A DNA stretch of 64,000 nucleotides, taken from positions 1-64,000 of the forward strand of contig JAZKFH010000049.1 of NCBI GenBank assembly GCA_040386535.1. The letters run 5' to 3'. The translations under genes and the position numbers were made by a program. Of the stretch, positions 61,886 through 64,000 are shown in pieces. Below the pieces are notes generated by a model. It worked only from the letters and a program-made list of their open reading frames with translations, was not told where the DNA came from and made no database searches. Source of the stretch: Myxococcota bacterium (GTDB taxonomy: Bacteria > Myxococcota_A > UBA796 > SXON01). Numbering within the stretch: the stretch's first letter is position 1; every line of letters begins with the position of its first letter.

Positions 61886-62668
61886 TTGTCCACGTCCACC
61901 CGCGAACCCGGCGGCGGCATCCCGTCCCTCGGCGCGCTCTACTCCGAGACGCTCACCGACCTGACCCAGAACATCCAGGGCTACCTGATGATGGGGCTCG
62001 CGCTGATGGCCGTCGTGTTTCCGGTAAGCATGGTCGGCACGATGGTCGGCATGATCGCGATGTACGCGGTCATGGGCGTCGGCATCTTCGCCAGCGCCCT
62101 CGGCGGCTCCGCGATCGGCGAGGCGACCGGCGAGCAGGATCTCGGCGGAATCGTGACGATGTTCGGGAGCTTCGGCTCGTTCTTCCTCGCGTTCGTCGTG
62201 CTCTTCGCCTCCCTCGCGTGCCTCGCGGGCGCCATGGCGCCGGTGTCCGCGAGCCTCTACCGCGCGATCGCGGCGCACCAACGCGGCGAGGGCACCCTCT
62301 CCTTCGGCGACGCGTTCTCGACCGTGCGCCAGGACATCGTCCCCACGGCCACCGTGATGCTGCTCGTGACCGGCATGGCGATCGTCGGCGTGTTGTTCTG
62401 CTACGTGGGCGCGCTCGTGCCCGCGATCTTGTTCGGGTTCGCGTTCTCGATGGTGGCGCTGCACCGCAAGGGCGCCATGGAGGCGCTGAAGATCTGCGCG
62501 CGGCACGCGATGGCGCGGCCCTCCGAGCACGCCATCTTCGTGCTCGCCTACATGGGGACCGCGATGGTGGCCGGGTACGTGCCGCTCCTCGGCCACATGT
62601 TCCTCATCGCGCTCGCGGTGCGGGCGTATCGGAAGATGTTCGGGGATGGGGTCGAGCCGGTTCTGTAG
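61886..62668 (+). CDS. Integral membrane protein
   Basis: Multiple TM segments; GAGG then TTG start. Confidence 0.78.
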   Translation: MSTSTREPGGGIPSLGALYSETLTDLTQNIQGYLMMGLALMAVVFPVSMVGTMVGMIAMYAVMGVGIFASALGGSAIGEATGEQDLGGIVTMFGSFGSFFLAFVVLFASLACLAGAMAPVSASLYRAIAAHQRGEGTLSFGDAFSTVRQDIVPTATVMLLVTGMAIVGVLFCYVGALVPAILFGFAFSMVALHRKGAMEALKICARHAMARPSEHAIFVLAYMGTAMVAGYVPLLGHMFLIALAVRAYRKMFGDGVEPVL

Positions 62669-62689
62669 TTTCCAGTCAGCTCCCCAGCC

Positions 62690-63810
62690 CCACCACGCCT
62701 CGGTCCCCAGCGTCCGATGGGGCTCGGCGCCTGCGCGGCTCGCGGCGTAGAACCGCGCCGCCTCCGTGGTGTCGAGCTGCCGCCAGGTCCAGCGGTGCTC
62801 GGCGTCCCGGGTACACACGACGACGCCGTGGCCAACCTCCTCCGGGGAGCGCCACACGATCGCGTCGACGAGGCGCGGATCCTGGGTGGCGAGGAAGCTC
62901 TGGCGCTCCGCCAGCTCTGTCAACAACGCCAGCGGAGCCCGAGCAGGCGCTTCTGTCCGTAGGTCAACCCGTCGTGGCGGACCGACACGCCTGGGGAGAA
63001 GGTGATCGCGAGGTCGCTCCCGCGGTACCTGATCCACCATTCATGTTCGTGGAACGAGGCATGTTCGTCCACGCGATGGGGCAGGAGCCGCACGGTCGCG
63101 GCGCCGAGGTCTCTCCGCGCCTGCTCCAGCCACGCGAGGTCCTCCCCGCCGAGCGAGGTGACGTCTCCGTTCGCCGCCGCGCACGGCCACGCTCCCCGCA
63201 GCTCGATGCCGCCGCCCAAACCCACCGCCGTGGGAGGCCGCTCCGACTGGACGAACACCGTTGGCGCGAAGGTGGGGAACGAGCGGTCCTCCGTTCGCCT
63301 CCGCCCCGTGAGCGCCTCGAAGCAGCCCAGGGCCTCGTCCGCGCGCGTCGTCCCGTCGTCGGCGAGGGAGCCGGCGTAGCGCGCACGCTCGACCAGCAGG
63401 CGGTGACCCAACGAGCCTACGGCGGCGGCCAGATCGCGCACCCGGCCGTCTCCTTCATCCTCCACGACGAATGTGGGCTTTCCGAGCGGCGTCACCCGGA
63501 AGCTCCACCGCCAGCTCGTCGGCTCGGCGACGGACCGGCGGAAGGCGCCCCTGGACGGTGGCACCTCCCGCGTGACGCACCCGACGAGCTGGTCTCCTGC
63601 GTCGTTGACGGCCTCCCACGACAGGTCGAACGACTCGTCCGCGAGCGGCTCGAAGTCCAGCCGCGTCGTCATCGCCAACAAGCTCGAGAGGTTGGACTTG
63701 CCAGCGCCGGTGTCGCCGACGAGGAGGTTGTACCGCTCGCCGAACGTGAGGGTGACGGGCGCGGCGAGGCCGCGAAAGCGGCGCACCTCGAGCTTTCGGA
63801 TACGGTTCAT
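62690..63810 (-). pseudogene. Disrupted AAA_21/ABC-type ATPase
   Basis: IRKLEVRRFRGL, Walker A GDTGAGKS, signature LTYGQKR, stop at 62920; Walker B missing; RQSFLATQDPRLVD continues in another frame; 3' end approximate. Confidence 0.65.
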
Positions 63811-64000
63811 TCGACGCACGTTATCGCGGCCCGAGGGATCCGGCGGGCGGCGGCGCGGGCGCTTCCGGTTCGGCACTGCGCGGCGTCTTGGGCGCGCGGT
63901 GGGGCCTTGGGCGGGAGACGACGCGGCGCGGCCACAAGTCGGGGGTCTGGGCGCAGCCCCCCCTGCTGGGTGTGATGCACGAAGCGCTACCTGCTCAACA

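Overview
Very GC-rich bacterial DNA, probably Myxococcota or a relative (it carries an MXAN_5187-like gene, DUF4349 lipoproteins and a long class II NrdJ). Host backbone lies at about 0.3-2.7 kb (ABC ATPase, GH1 beta-glucosidase) and 43.4-64 kb (RAYT transposase, HNH, DUF4349 pair, nrdJ with tandem NrdR boxes, cNMP-binding protein, response regulator, thioredoxin-TPR protein, AAA pseudogene). Between them is a ~39 kb integrative element (about 4311-43329). It is bounded by a 14-bp direct repeat, GGTGACGGACGTCT, embedded in inverted core-type sites, and has a tyrosine integrase at its right end. It has a satellite-like core: a Xis-like HTH gene, a divergent XRE pair, a P-loop replication protein and a candidate ori. 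Its cargo is dense and defence-like: an MmeI-like type IIG R-M enzyme, AIPR, a HEPN-like protein, AlbA_2, CoiA-like and other PD-(D/E)XK nucleases, an orphan PIN protein and an atypical RNase III. Two operons match no named system I know: (i) nuclease + Ser/Thr kinase + beta/Sce7725-like protein + unknown ORF, and (ii) methyltransferase-like + DUF1848 + methyltransferase-like. Non-coding highlights are three copies of a perfect palindrome (GGCCGCGTACGCGGCC) at cargo junctions and a family of five ~184-bp REPIN-like elements linked to the RAYT. All family assignments come from motif recognition by eye; no database searches were run.
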